From positions 11,923 to 75,922 of the forward strand of contig DATJZV010000026.1 in assembly GCA_035498715.1 (NCBI GenBank): a stretch of DNA of 64,000 bases, in the 5' to 3' direction. This DNA comes from Nitrospirota bacterium. Lineage in GTDB: Bacteria; Nitrospirota; UBA9217. Under the pieces are notes generated by a model, which was given only the letters and a program-made list of their open reading frames with translations, searched no databases and was not told the DNA's origin. How positions within the stretch are numbered: position 1 is the first letter of the stretch; every line of letters starts with the position of its first letter. Shown here in pieces: positions 29,626 through 39,731 of this stretch. Made by a program: the position numbers and the translations under genes.

Positions 29626-29816
29626 GAAAGGAACTCCTGTAAGCGTCGCAGCCTGTACTCCGCATCATCGGTATATTGAGAGAAAAGAAGATTTAAGATG
29701 GGTTTTTTTTGATTATAGGTAAATTCCTATTTTGCAGAGAAATGTATGGTAACTGGTTTATTTTTAGTTTGAAAAAAAAGATATGACGAACTCAAATCTT
29801 TTCTACGGAGAACTTT

Positions 29817-30314
29817 ATGGATACGACACATGACGACGCTGCTGGGGGGCATTTAAGCTCAAGAATAGGGGTCGAGATGCTTGTTCAAGAAGTGATGACA
29901 AAGGATGTTATCTCGATTACGAAATACGAGAGCATCATGCAGGTCGCAAATATTTTAACAGAAAAAAACATAAGCGGGCTTCCGGTGGTGGATAAAGAAA
30001 AGAAGTTGATTGGCATTATTACTCAAGCTGATATCCTTTCAATGGTGGGGGTGGGGAGGGAGCACACCTTCAAGGACCTGTTAAAATATATGCTGGGAGA
30101 ACCACTTCCAGCGCGCAGGCTTGGAGACCATGTAGGGGATATCATGACTTCTCCGGCGCTTACCATAAAACCTGATGCGAATATAGCTGAAGCGGTACGG
30201 ATCATGGATGAGAAGAGGATCAGGAGGTTAACCGTGGTAGATGACACGAATACGCTCATCGGTATTTTAACGAGGGCCGATATTCTGAAGGCAGTGATCA
30301 AGAAACTAAAATGA
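29817..30314 (+). CDS. CBS-domain pair protein.
   Basis: Two CBS motifs (ISGLPVVD..., IRRLTVVDD...). GGAG lies 7 nt before the ATG at 29817. Confidence 0.75.
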   Translation: MDTTHDDAAGGHLSSRIGVEMLVQEVMTKDVISITKYESIMQVANILTEKNISGLPVVDKEKKLIGIITQADILSMVGVGREHTFKDLLKYMLGEPLPARRLGDHVGDIMTSPALTIKPDANIAEAVRIMDEKRIRRLTVVDDTNTLIGILTRADILKAVIKKLK

Positions 30315-30748
30315 TATAGCCGAGCTGTCGCACTTATTTGTTTAGTAAGGTCTTTTTCTTAAAACGCAAGAGTTAATCTCCTCCAAACTGCGGATAAGCA
30401 GATTAAACCAGTAGCCAATGTGCCATAGGATTAGTGAGACCAACAAATGAAGTATGCAGAGCGTGGCCCTTTGTGCACATGTCACCGTAAAGCGTTAAAA
30501 AACGACACTGACCAAGATCTTTAATCAACAAGTGATGCGATAGCACTAATCTTTGAAGTTAGGCAGTCATTAATTTTTGGATATCTCTTTTTCCCCAGGA
30601 GTAGTTTTTAATCCGTACCCGGAAAATACCATTAATGATTATGAAAAAAACCAGCTTGATTATTTCCGGCAAAAGAAGTAAAGTACGATTCCGGGCCGAG
30701 ATAGATCGGGTTAGCCGGTCCGACATTTTCCCCAAAGAATGGAGATAC

Positions 30749-31519
30749 ATGATGAAACGATTGATTTTTTTGCTGGCTGCTGGCTTCCTTTCCCTCACGG
30801 TTTCCAGCGCCTACGCTGCTTCTGATACGGAGAAGCCCGCACCGGGGCCGCAGGTCCCCTCGATCGAGAGGACAGCGGAAACTGTGGGACCATCTCTCTC
30901 GGGCAAGGTAGTGGAAACGATGAACGCAGGTGGGTATACCTATGTTCGCCTTGAAAAGAACGGAAAGAAGACCTGGGTCGCGGTGCCTGAGATGAAAGTT
31001 TCGGTGGGACAGCAAATGGCGTTCCAGCCAGGGCAGGAAATGAAGAATTTTACGAGCAAGACTCTCAATAGGACATTCGATAGCGTCGTTTTTTCCGGTG
31101 GACCTGCCGTTCCTCAGCAAGGCACCGGCGATAGGACAGCGTCCATGAAAGCGCCTGGCAGCAAAGCGGCGGTGGTAGCGTCCAACGAAAAATTTACCGT
31201 GGAGAAGGCTGGTGGTCCGGATGCCTATACGGTCGGCGAGATTTATGCGAAAAGGGCAGCGTTGGACAAGAAAACCGCTGTCGTCAAGGGCAAGGTCGTG
31301 AAGGTTTCGAAGGCGATCATGGGGAAGAACTGGATACACATTCAGGACGGCACCGGAAATTCCGGTAAAGGGACGCACGACCTGGTGGTTACGACAACCT
31401 CGGACACGGCTGCCGTGGGCGACACAGTTACGGTCAAGGGGACTATCTACAAGGACAAGGATTTTGGGGCTGGATATAAATATGACGTGATCATGGAAGA
31501 GGCGACCATCCAGCACTGA
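30749..31519 (+). CDS. Secreted tandem BOF/YgiW-family (bacterial OB-fold) protein.
   Basis: Signal peptide MMKRLIFLLAAGFLSLTVSSAYAA; two repeats of GKVV...W..I.DGTG...V....VGDTVTVKG. Confidence 0.55.
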   Translation: MMKRLIFLLAAGFLSLTVSSAYAASDTEKPAPGPQVPSIERTAETVGPSLSGKVVETMNAGGYTYVRLEKNGKKTWVAVPEMKVSVGQQMAFQPGQEMKNFTSKTLNRTFDSVVFSGGPAVPQQGTGDRTASMKAPGSKAAVVASNEKFTVEKAGGPDAYTVGEIYAKRAALDKKTAVVKGKVVKVSKAIMGKNWIHIQDGTGNSGKGTHDLVVTTTSDTAAVGDTVTVKGTIYKDKDFGAGYKYDVIMEEATIQH

Positions 31520-31553
31520 AGCAGGATGGCTTAGCCAACTGACATCGTTTCTC

Positions 31554-31586
31554 AAGCCCCTCGCTTAGGCGAGGGGCTTTTTCGTT
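31554..31586 (+). terminator. Rho-independent terminator.
   Basis: AAGCCCCTCGC-TTAG-GCGAGGGGCTT followed by a T-run. Confidence 0.7.
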
Positions 31587-31690
31587 CTCCCCAGGGTACC
31601 GTATATTCCCCTTTACTTTTATTGCTGGTTTGTGCATAATATGCCCTCTGCCATGCCTGCTGGCATCAGTTTTTATGAGGAGGATTTTGA

Positions 31691-33352
31691 ATGGCATCAG
31701 TGAACAGACTTCCCCGGTCGCCCTGGAGGGCGATGATCGAAAGCGCTTTTTATTCCAACTCAGTGGGAAAAACCTCCATGGCCGAGCTCTACAAGCTGGC
31801 CTTGAAGCAGCCTGAGGTGATGGCCACATCGCATCCGTTCTACAAGCCGTCGCAGTACGGCCTGCCCAAGGACGCAAAGGTGCTCATTTCGAACGACGGC
31901 GGCATTGTGGGCCGCACGGCCCGCGCCCGGCGTCTGGTCCGAGAGATGGGCAAGGATAGAGACAAGTACCTGCGCATCCTTGGAGAAGTAACTTACAAGC
32001 TGAACAAGCGGGAATGTTTGTGGCTCGAGGCCATCGTGGGGCTCCACAGGGACTTTATGGTCAAGGCCCATCTGCTGAGCCCCGCCACGGACGCGAAAAA
32101 CATGCTTGACTGGGGCGTGAACTTTACTCCTTGGATGAAGCCCTGGAGCGAGACCTACAAAAAATCGAAAAAGCTCGACGAGCCGGACATCCTTGTCCTA
32201 GCCGATCCCGAGTGGTCGGACCCGGAGTTCCCGAACGGACTCGTGATCATCGATGAGGAGGAAAACTGCATCGCCATCCTCGGCCTCCGCTACTTCGGCG
32301 AGCGCAAGAAGGGGACACTCACCTTGGCCTGGACTATCGGCGTGCGGCTCAACATGGTGGCCTGCCACGGCGGCATCAAGACCATCGGCAATCATCCGCC
32401 GGTGGCCGTCTTCGGCCTTTCCGGCTCAGGCAAGTCCTCCATTACGAACAGCCATGACCACGCGGGTACGCTCAAGAAGAACGAAAAGGTAACAGTGATC
32501 CATGACGACGCGTTCCTTATTGTCCTGGATGAGAATCTTACGGTGGCGCTGGAGCCGAGCTTGTTCGACAAGACCGATGCCGTGGACTTCCGCGACCCCA
32601 TTATCAAGTATTTTTATTCCGCCCAGAATCTGGCGGTCACGAACCTGGGGACCGGCAAGCGTGAGATTGTGGCTCAGGACATCAGAAACGACAACGGCCG
32701 CTGTCTCAAGTCCCGAGATATGTTCAACCACGACGATTACTGTGGCAGTCCGAAACAGCTTATCTGGCTTCAGAAGGATCAGTCACTGCCGCCGGTTACG
32801 AAGGTGACGGACGTCGGTCTCGCTGTGGCCATGGGCGCGTCCCTCTCCACCAAGCGGGCAAAGGGCGTAGAAAATGTTCCGAAGGAGGAGTTGGCAAAGC
32901 TCGTGATCGAGCCCTTTGCCAATCCTTTCCGGGTGCACCCGCTTCTCGAGGATTGCCGTCAGTTCCTGAAGCTCTTCAAGCTAGGCACCGATTGCTATAT
33001 CATGAACACCGGCGCCTTTGGCTTGCCCGGCGAGGAGGTCGACATCCCAAAGGAGCTGTCTCTCGCCATTGTGACCCAGATGGTGCGCGGCAAGATCGAG
33101 TGGCGTGAATGGAAGTCATTCCCAGGCCTCCAACTCCCGGCTAACGGAGCCGATCTGTTCAATCCGGACTATGACAAGAAGTACAAGCCGACGCGGAACC
33201 AGGAGTATCTCCAGTTCCTCCGGAACCGTATGCAGGACCGCATCACATTTCTCTCGAACAAGCGCGACCTCGAACAGGATATGGACAGCGCCTTCATCGA
33301 TCCGCTCGTTGCCGCCAGGACCGTGATTGACAGGATCCTGAACCCGATCTAG
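31691..33352 (+). CDS. Divergent ATP-dependent phosphoenolpyruvate carboxykinase (PckA)-like protein.
   Basis: GAGGAGG lies 7 nt before the ATG. The block YFGERKKG...VACHGG...VAVFGLSGSGKSSIT aligns to E. coli PckA YGGEMKKG...MHCSAN...VAVFFGLSGTGKTTLS. The kinase-2 region reads IHDDAF rather than IGDDEHGW. Confidence 0.55.
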   Translation: MASVNRLPRSPWRAMIESAFYSNSVGKTSMAELYKLALKQPEVMATSHPFYKPSQYGLPKDAKVLISNDGGIVGRTARARRLVREMGKDRDKYLRILGEVTYKLNKRECLWLEAIVGLHRDFMVKAHLLSPATDAKNMLDWGVNFTPWMKPWSETYKKSKKLDEPDILVLADPEWSDPEFPNGLVIIDEEENCIAILGLRYFGERKKGTLTLAWTIGVRLNMVACHGGIKTIGNHPPVAVFGLSGSGKSSITNSHDHAGTLKKNEKVTVIHDDAFLIVLDENLTVALEPSLFDKTDAVDFRDPIIKYFYSAQNLAVTNLGTGKREIVAQDIRNDNGRCLKSRDMFNHDDYCGSPKQLIWLQKDQSLPPVTKVTDVGLAVAMGASLSTKRAKGVENVPKEELAKLVIEPFANPFRVHPLLEDCRQFLKLFKLGTDCYIMNTGAFGLPGEEVDIPKELSLAIVTQMVRGKIEWREWKSFPGLQLPANGADLFNPDYDKKYKPTRNQEYLQFLRNRMQDRITFLSNKRDLEQDMDSAFIDPLVAARTVIDRILNPI

Positions 33353-33579
33353 ACGGTTCGTTATTCGCCGCAGAGGAAGCAGAGAAAAACATAAGGCCGG
33401 GAGGCAACTTCCCGGCCTTATCCGTTCACGAGACCCTCTCATTCGAATTTCCGTGCTACAATCAAAATAGAGTCTTATTTCCTCGCAGAAACGCTGAACG
33501 CGTAAATTTTAAATCTTGAATTTAATGCACTTTGCATCCTTGCCGAGTTTTGCGAGAGACCAGGTTTTTGGAGCGCTTC

Positions 33580-35322
33580 ATGAAAAACCAGCAGATCGCT
33601 AAGATATTCAATGAAATTGCGGAACTGCTCGAACTCAAAGGGGAGAATGTATTCCGGGTCAGGGCGTACCGCCGGGCTGCTCAGAATATCGACGGACTCT
33701 CAAAAGATGTTGCCTCGCTCTCCGAAGAGGAGCTTGAAGCAATTCCCGGGATTGGTAAGGACCTTTCCGGAAAGATGCATGAATATATCGAGACCGGAAA
33801 AATCGCCAAGCATGAGGAATTAAAAAAAGAGATTCCTGAAGGGGTATTACAGCTTCTCCAGGTCCCCGGACTGGGGCCGAAGAAAGCCAAGATGCTCTTT
33901 GACAAGCTCAGGATAAAGAGTGTTGATGATCTGGAGGATGCCCTGAAAAAAAATAAGCTTTCCGGCCTGCCGGGCATCCAGAAAAAAACCGAGGAGAATC
34001 TCCTGAAGAGCGTTGAGTTCCTGAAGCGCGGAACGGAGCGGCGACCCCTCGGCAGAATTCTCCCCCTGGCGGATGATATCATACGGCGTGTCCGTGATGC
34101 CGCTCCGGTGGATAAGATAGAGGTCGCAGGCAGCATCCGAAGGATGAAAGAAACAGTCAAAGACATTGATATTCTCACCACGTCGAAGCATCCCGAAAGG
34201 GTCATGGATGTGTTCGTGAGGCTCCCGCACGTGACAAGGATTCTGATGCACGGGCCGACAAAGTCCTCGGTCATCACCGAGGAGGGAATCCAGGTGGACC
34301 TCAGAGTTGTGGAGGAGGATTCCTTCGGTGCGGCCCTTCAATACTTCACCGGGAGCAAGCAGCACAACATCAAACTCCGGGAAATGGCGGTGCGGGGCGG
34401 GCTCAAGATCAACGAATATGGAGTGTTCAAGGAGCCGGGTGATAGGAAGGTTGGCGGGAAAAAGGAAGAGGATGTGTACAAGGCGCTCAAGCTTCCCTAT
34501 ATCCCACCGGAGCTCAGGGAAGACACGGGGGAAATCGAGGCTGCAATAAGGGGGAAACTCCCCGACCTTATAACGCTTAACGACATCAAGGGCGATCTCC
34601 ACGTTCACACTAAATGGTCGGACGGCAGCCACGACCTCGATACTGTCATTGAAGCAGCGAAAAAGAAGGGTTACCAGTACATCGCCATCACCGACCATAC
34701 AAAGGGTCTCGGGGTCGCTCATGGCCTTGATGAAAAGCGGCTTGCGGATGAGATCAAGCTTATTGGTGAAGCGAACAAAAGACTCTCGGGGTTCAGGGTC
34801 CTCAAGGGAACGGAGATCGATATCCGCGGGGACGGCAGGCTCGACCTGCCTGATGACGCACTTGCAGGGCTCGATATCGTGGTGGCCTCGGTCCATTCCG
34901 GATTCAGGCAAACAGAGGAGCAGATCACGAAACGGATCATCTCGGCGATCAGGAATCCCTGCGTCTCCGTGATTGCCCACCCCACGGGCAGGCTCATCGG
35001 CGAACGCGATGCCTATGCCGTCGACATGGATGCCATTCTTAAAGAGGCGGCAAAATACGGCGTGGCCATGGAGGTGAACGCCTACCCCTTACGGCTTGAT
35101 CTCAATGATCTCCACATCAAGATGGCCAAGGAATACGGTGTGCCGCTCGTGATCAGCACCGACACGCACGTCACGACCCAGTATGATTTCATGACCTACG
35201 GCGTTTCCGTTGCACGGCGGGGATGGGTGGAGAAGAAGGACGTGCTGAATACGCTTAGCTATGAATCGCTCATCACAAAGTTGAAAGCGTGCAGAGCAAG
35301 GAAGGCAAAACTGGAGAAATGA
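33580..35322 (+). CDS. polX: DNA polymerase/3'-5' exonuclease PolX (Pol beta-like domain plus PHP domain).
   Basis: Helix-hairpin-helix motifs (PGIGKDLSGK, VPGLGPKKAKML), nucleotidyltransferase GSIRR...DIDIL, and a C-terminal PHP domain (HVHTKWSDG...). GGAG RBS. Confidence 0.85.
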   Translation: MKNQQIAKIFNEIAELLELKGENVFRVRAYRRAAQNIDGLSKDVASLSEEELEAIPGIGKDLSGKMHEYIETGKIAKHEELKKEIPEGVLQLLQVPGLGPKKAKMLFDKLRIKSVDDLEDALKKNKLSGLPGIQKKTEENLLKSVEFLKRGTERRPLGRILPLADDIIRRVRDAAPVDKIEVAGSIRRMKETVKDIDILTTSKHPERVMDVFVRLPHVTRILMHGPTKSSVITEEGIQVDLRVVEEDSFGAALQYFTGSKQHNIKLREMAVRGGLKINEYGVFKEPGDRKVGGKKEEDVYKALKLPYIPPELREDTGEIEAAIRGKLPDLITLNDIKGDLHVHTKWSDGSHDLDTVIEAAKKKGYQYIAITDHTKGLGVAHGLDEKRLADEIKLIGEANKRLSGFRVLKGTEIDIRGDGRLDLPDDALAGLDIVVASVHSGFRQTEEQITKRIISAIRNPCVSVIAHPTGRLIGERDAYAVDMDAILKEAAKYGVAMEVNAYPLRLDLNDLHIKMAKEYGVPLVISTDTHVTTQYDFMTYGVSVARRGWVEKKDVLNTLSYESLITKLKACRARKAKLEK

Positions 35323-35449
35323 TCGAACAGGATCTTAGGTTAGAAAATCCTGAAGAGAAGCGCTGCTTTATCCTTTCATTGCCCGCGAATGCCGCAATCC
35401 CGCAGTGAATACAAGATTGTACCCTCGCTTCGCACCTCTCGATGACTTA

Positions 35450-36097
35450 TTATTCCCCCTTCCTGATCTCGCAGCTCTTGAACGTCCCTTCTATATCCTC
35501 TTTCAGGCTGTTAAAATTACCCTTGCCTTTTGTCCTGATGACCACCTTCCGGTAGCCCTCCCGCACTCCTTCATAGGAGGTGAGGATTCCCTGGAGGCGA
35601 AAATTGTGTTTTCGGATGACATCCGCAACTTCCTTTATCGAACCTGCCCGGTCCGCGATGGTAACGCAGATCCGGTGGCCACCGTGCCGAACGCCGGTGA
35701 TGTCCACAAGGGCGCGGTAGATGTCACGGTCTGAAATTATGCCCACCAGGTCCCCTCTTTCTATCACGGGCAGGCAGCCGATAGTATGGTCCAGGAGGGT
35801 CAAGGCAGCCTCTTCCACCGGAGTATCGGGAGTTGTAGTGACGACCTTGGTCTTCATGATATCCCTGATCTTTGTCTTGGCAAGGAGGTAGTGAAGCTCG
35901 TAGATGTCGAGGGTTGTGGCCTTTGAGGGGCTGAACTCCTTGATATCCCGGTCCGAAATGATGCCCTTCAGTTTTCCGTTCTTGAGGACCGGGATGTGCT
36001 TGATCTGTTTCTCCCGCATGATGGAAATGGCATCAGCAAGATAATCGTCGGAGTCGACCGTAAAGACCTTTTTAGTCATCCAGTCAGATACATACAT
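35450..36097 (-). CDS. CBS-pair plus ACT domain protein (AcuB-like).
   Basis: Two CBS motifs then an ACT-like C-terminus. The ATG at 36097 has GAGGAGG 6 nt upstream; the track ORF starts at an upstream TTG. Confidence 0.7.
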   Translation of the reverse strand: MYVSDWMTKKVFTVDSDDYLADAISIMREKQIKHIPVLKNGKLKGIISDRDIKEFSPSKATTLDIYELHYLLAKTKIRDIMKTKVVTTTPDTPVEEAALTLLDHTIGCLPVIERGDLVGIISDRDIYRALVDITGVRHGGHRICVTIADRAGSIKEVADVIRKHNFRLQGILTSYEGVREGYRKVVIRTKGKGNFNSLKEDIEGTFKSCEIRKGE

Positions 36098-36224
36098 TTT
36101 AAGCCTCCTCAGTAGCAAATCTCAAATCCTAAGCACAAACCCAATAATCAATGATCAAAATTCTAAATTTGAATTTAGAGCTTAGTTGGATTTTGCTCAT
36201 TGGTGTTTGGATCTTGTCTTCGTG

Positions 36225-36929
36225 TTAAACGCCCAGATAAGCCATCTTCACGTGTGGGTCGTTCAGAAGATCCTTCCCCTTGCCCTGCATGACCACGCGG
36301 CCATTCTCCAGCACATACGCACGGTCCGCGATGTCCAGCGTCTGCTTCACGTTCTGTTCCACAATGAGTACCGTCGTCCCGTCGTCCCGGATCTTCCCGA
36401 TGACATCGAATATCTCGCGTACAAGGATGGGTGCTAGCCCAAGCGACGGCTCGTCGAACATCATGAGCTTTGGGAGCGCCATGAGGCCCCTGCCAATGGC
36501 TACCATCTGCTGCTCGCCTCCTGAGAGTGTTCCGGCGAGCTGCTTTCTCCGCTCCCGGAGCCTCGGGAACAGTCTGAAAACCGTCTCCCTCGTCTTTTCA
36601 CGGTTTTTCCTGGCCTCTCCCTTGAGCGAACCCATATCGAGGTTCTCCTCCACGGTCATCTCCACGAAGAGCCGCCGCGCCTCTGGGCAGAAGGCCATAC
36701 CCATTTCGATGCGCTTGTACGGCTCCACGGTGTGGATAGGGGTATCGTTGAAGATGACCTCACCCTTGTGAGGCCGGAGGAGCCCGGAAACGGTCTTCAG
36801 CGTCGTTGACTTGCCAGCACCGTTCGCCCCGATGAGAGCAACAATCTCTTGCTGCTTCACCTCAAAGGAGACGTCCCAGAGCACCTGGACGTCTCCGTAA
36901 AAAACATCTATGTGACCTATCTTAAGCAC
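36225..36929 (-). CDS. livF: Branched-chain amino-acid ABC transporter ATP-binding protein LivF.
   Basis: GANGAGKSTTLK, LSGGEQQM. GTG start overlaps the livG stop (GTGCTTAA). Confidence 0.8.
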   Translation of the reverse strand: MLKIGHIDVFYGDVQVLWDVSFEVKQQEIVALIGANGAGKSTTLKTVSGLLRPHKGEVIFNDTPIHTVEPYKRIEMGMAFCPEARRLFVEMTVEENLDMGSLKGEARKNREKTRETVFRLFPRLRERRKQLAGTLSGGEQQMVAIGRGLMALPKLMMFDEPSLGLAPILVREIFDVIGKIRDDGTTVLIVEQNVKQTLDIADRAYVLENGRVVMQGKGKDLLNDPHVKMAYLGV

Positions 36930-37644
36930 TCTGCGTTTCTCCCAGATACGCCTCGACCACGAGGGGGTTGAGCCGTATCTCTTGTGGGGTACCCTCGGCG
37001 ATCTTTTCACCGTAGTTGAGCACCACGATTCGGTCCGACAGGGACATGATGACCTTCATGTGGTGCTCAATGATCATGACGGTGATGCCCTTTTCCCTGA
37101 TCTTCCTGATGATCTGGATTGACTCATTAAGTTCCGTCGGGTTCAGGCCTGCAAATGACTCGTCGAGAAGAAGGAGCTCGGGCTGCGTGGCCAACGCACG
37201 GGCGATCTCGAGCCGTTTCCGCATGCCCAAGGGGAGGCCCTTGGAGATGATATGCCGCTCTTCGGAGAGGCCAGTGAATTGCAGGATATCCAGTGCCAGT
37301 TCCGCCGCCTCGCCACGGTTTGCCGTCCGCAAAAAGGCCGAAGCCAGGACGTTATCGAACACGCTCATCCGCTGGAGCGGTTTAACCACTTGAAATGTCC
37401 GCGCGATGCCCAGCTGGCATATCTGGTGGGGCTTAAGCCCCGAGATTGTAGTGCCCCGGAAGAAGACCTCCCCCTTGGAGGGCTTGTAAAAACCATTGAC
37501 CACGTTAAAGAGCGTCGTCTTACCCGCACCGTTCGGGCCGATGAGGCCGACTATGTCTCCTTTGTTGACCTCAAAGGAAACGTTGGTCAACGCTGACAGA
37601 CCGCCGAAGAATCGGAACACCTTTTTTACATCGAGGAAGCTCAT
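36922..37644 (-). CDS. livG: Branched-chain amino-acid ABC transporter ATP-binding protein LivG.
   Basis: GPNGAGKTTLFN; characteristic LivG N-terminus. Confidence 0.85.
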   Translation of the reverse strand: MSFLDVKKVFRFFGGLSALTNVSFEVNKGDIVGLIGPNGAGKTTLFNVVNGFYKPSKGEVFFRGTTISGLKPHQICQLGIARTFQVVKPLQRMSVFDNVLASAFLRTANRGEAAELALDILQFTGLSEERHIISKGLPLGMRKRLEIARALATQPELLLLDESFAGLNPTELNESIQIIRKIREKGITVMIIEHHMKVIMSLSDRIVVLNYGEKIAEGTPQEIRLNPLVVEAYLGETQSA

Positions 37645-38582
37645 GACGGCCTCCTCGCGAGACCAATAAGCCTCTTCAGTTTCTGAACATCACCGACAAT
37701 GCCGTTAGGAAGAAAGATGATGATGACGATAAGCAGGATGCCGAAGAATGTATGGTGGGCTGTGCCGAGCGTGGGGATCGACCGGATTATCTCGGCCAGC
37801 AGGACCATGATGATTGCACCAACGGCCGGACCCCAGTAGGTGGCAACCCCGCCTACCATCACGACCATGATCGTGACAATCGATATGTCATGGAGCGCGA
37901 AGACGACCTTGGGGTCGATATATCCCATGTAGTTCGTGTAAAAGGCGCCCGCAAATCCCGTGAGCACGGCGCTCAGGCAGAGTGCGATGGTCTTGTAGAA
38001 GGTCGTGTTGATGCCGAGGGACTCTGCAGCGTCCTGATCCTCCCGGATGGCCACGAAATAGTATCCGAGCTTCGACTCGATGACCATTTTGACCACGATA
38101 AACGTGCCGCAGGCGATAGCAAGTATAATGTAGTAATACCATATCTTCTCAACCCACGTGCGCTCCCGGATCATGATGCCCAGGTCTCCACCGGTGAAAT
38201 CCACCAGGTTCTCGGCAACGATACGGAGGATGACACCCACGGACAGCGTGGCAAGGGCAAAGAACGGTCCCCGGAGCCTCAAGCAGATGTACCCGATGAC
38301 GAGGGCAAAGCACGTTACGATGACAATGCTTGCAGGGAGTCCCCACCACCCCGAAAGGCCGAGCTTGCTGTAGATCATGCCGGCGGAATAGGCACCGGTC
38401 CCGAAGAACGCGGCATGGCCAAAGGACACCTGGCCGCAGTACCCGCTGAGGAGGTTCCACGCCATGCCGAGCACGGACCACATGATGACGAGGATCAGGA
38501 TATGCATCATGTAGGAGTTGAGGCCGATAAGCGGCAGCACGGCAAGGAGCCCCACGATTATGAAGGGAAGATATTTTTTCAT
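37641..38582 (-). CDS. livM: Branched-chain amino-acid ABC transporter permease LivM.
   Basis: Polytopic permease of the LivM/HM family; ATGA overlap with livG. Confidence 0.8.
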   Translation of the reverse strand: MKKYLPFIIVGLLAVLPLIGLNSYMMHILILVIMWSVLGMAWNLLSGYCGQVSFGHAAFFGTGAYSAGMIYSKLGLSGWWGLPASIVIVTCFALVIGYICLRLRGPFFALATLSVGVILRIVAENLVDFTGGDLGIMIRERTWVEKIWYYYIILAIACGTFIVVKMVIESKLGYYFVAIREDQDAAESLGINTTFYKTIALCLSAVLTGFAGAFYTNYMGYIDPKVVFALHDISIVTIMVVMVGGVATYWGPAVGAIIMVLLAEIIRSIPTLGTAHHTFFGILLIVIIIFLPNGIVGDVQKLKRLIGLARRPS

Positions 38583-38729
38583 TTAAAACCGCTTTCACAT
38601 ATCGGCACAACGCATGTAGCATGGAGCGTGGAGTTTGAATTCTTTGCTCTCTGCGCTATGCACTCTGCCATCAACTGTTCTTTGCGTGCTTTGCGACTCT
38701 ACGGTGATTGCCGCCGGTTCAAGAACATC

Positions 38730-39659
38730 TCATCTCCCGAACTTCTTAGCCTTCAGGAGAGAAGCAACGCCGCCCGGCAGAAAGACCAGGACCGCCACGA
38801 AAATGACGAACCGTCCCACCGGCGCCCAGCCCATGCCCACGTAAGTTGCGGTGAGCGATTCAAAGAGGCCAAGGATTATGCCTCCGATAATCGCCCCGAC
38901 GGTGGACCCGAGACCGCCGAGGATGGTGATGACGAAAGCGATCAGCGTAAATTGCCCCCCGATGTCAGGATATATATAGTAGATCGGGATGAAGAGGCAG
39001 CCCGCCGCCCCGACGAGAGCTGAGCCGAGCCCGAAGGTGATCACCCGCATCCTGTCCACGTTGACACCCATGAGTAGCGCCGCGTCATGGTCCTGGGCCG
39101 TGGCCCGGATGGATTTGCCGGTGTCTGTCTTGGCAAGAAAGAACCAGAGGCATGCTGTTATGAGAACGGCAATGACGAATGAGACGGACCAGGGCATGGA
39201 GAGCGAGAGTTCAATGGGCGCTTTTTTCCAGATATCGGAGAGGTACCAGGCCTTGGTGGCATAGTCCACGGGTGTTTGACGGTAATCGGACTTGAAGATA
39301 ATGGTTGCGATATTTGCCAGCACCATGCCAATCCCGACGGTGAGGATCACCTGGTTCTCAGGAAGGATGGACTCGACCTTGAGCACGGGGTTGATCAGAT
39401 ACTTCTGAATCGCGACCCCGAGGAGGAAGAGGGCCGGCGTAGCAATAAAGACGGAGAGATAGGGATCGATGTGGAAAAGGGAAAAGAGGATGAAGGCGAT
39501 GTACATGGCCACCATCATGAGCTCGCCATGGGCGAGATTGATGATCTTCATCACTCCCATGATGATCGTCATGCCGATGCCGATCAGTGCGTAGAGTCCG
39601 CCGAGCAGAAAACCTGATATAAGCGTCTGCAGGAGAACCTCAATCTGAACCGATGTCAT
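38730..39659 (-). CDS. livH: Branched-chain amino-acid ABC transporter permease LivH.
   Basis: LivH-type permease. Confidence 0.8.
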   Translation of the reverse strand: MTSVQIEVLLQTLISGFLLGGLYALIGIGMTIIMGVMKIINLAHGELMMVAMYIAFILFSLFHIDPYLSVFIATPALFLLGVAIQKYLINPVLKVESILPENQVILTVGIGMVLANIATIIFKSDYRQTPVDYATKAWYLSDIWKKAPIELSLSMPWSVSFVIAVLITACLWFFLAKTDTGKSIRATAQDHDAALLMGVNVDRMRVITFGLGSALVGAAGCLFIPIYYIYPDIGGQFTLIAFVITILGGLGSTVGAIIGGIILGLFESLTATYVGMGWAPVGRFVIFVAVLVFLPGGVASLLKAKKFGR

Positions 39660-39731
39660 GGAATATCCTTTAGATTTCGCATTGCGGAATGAGACCCATA
39701 AAAAATCCGCAAGCTACAATCCGCAACTGCA

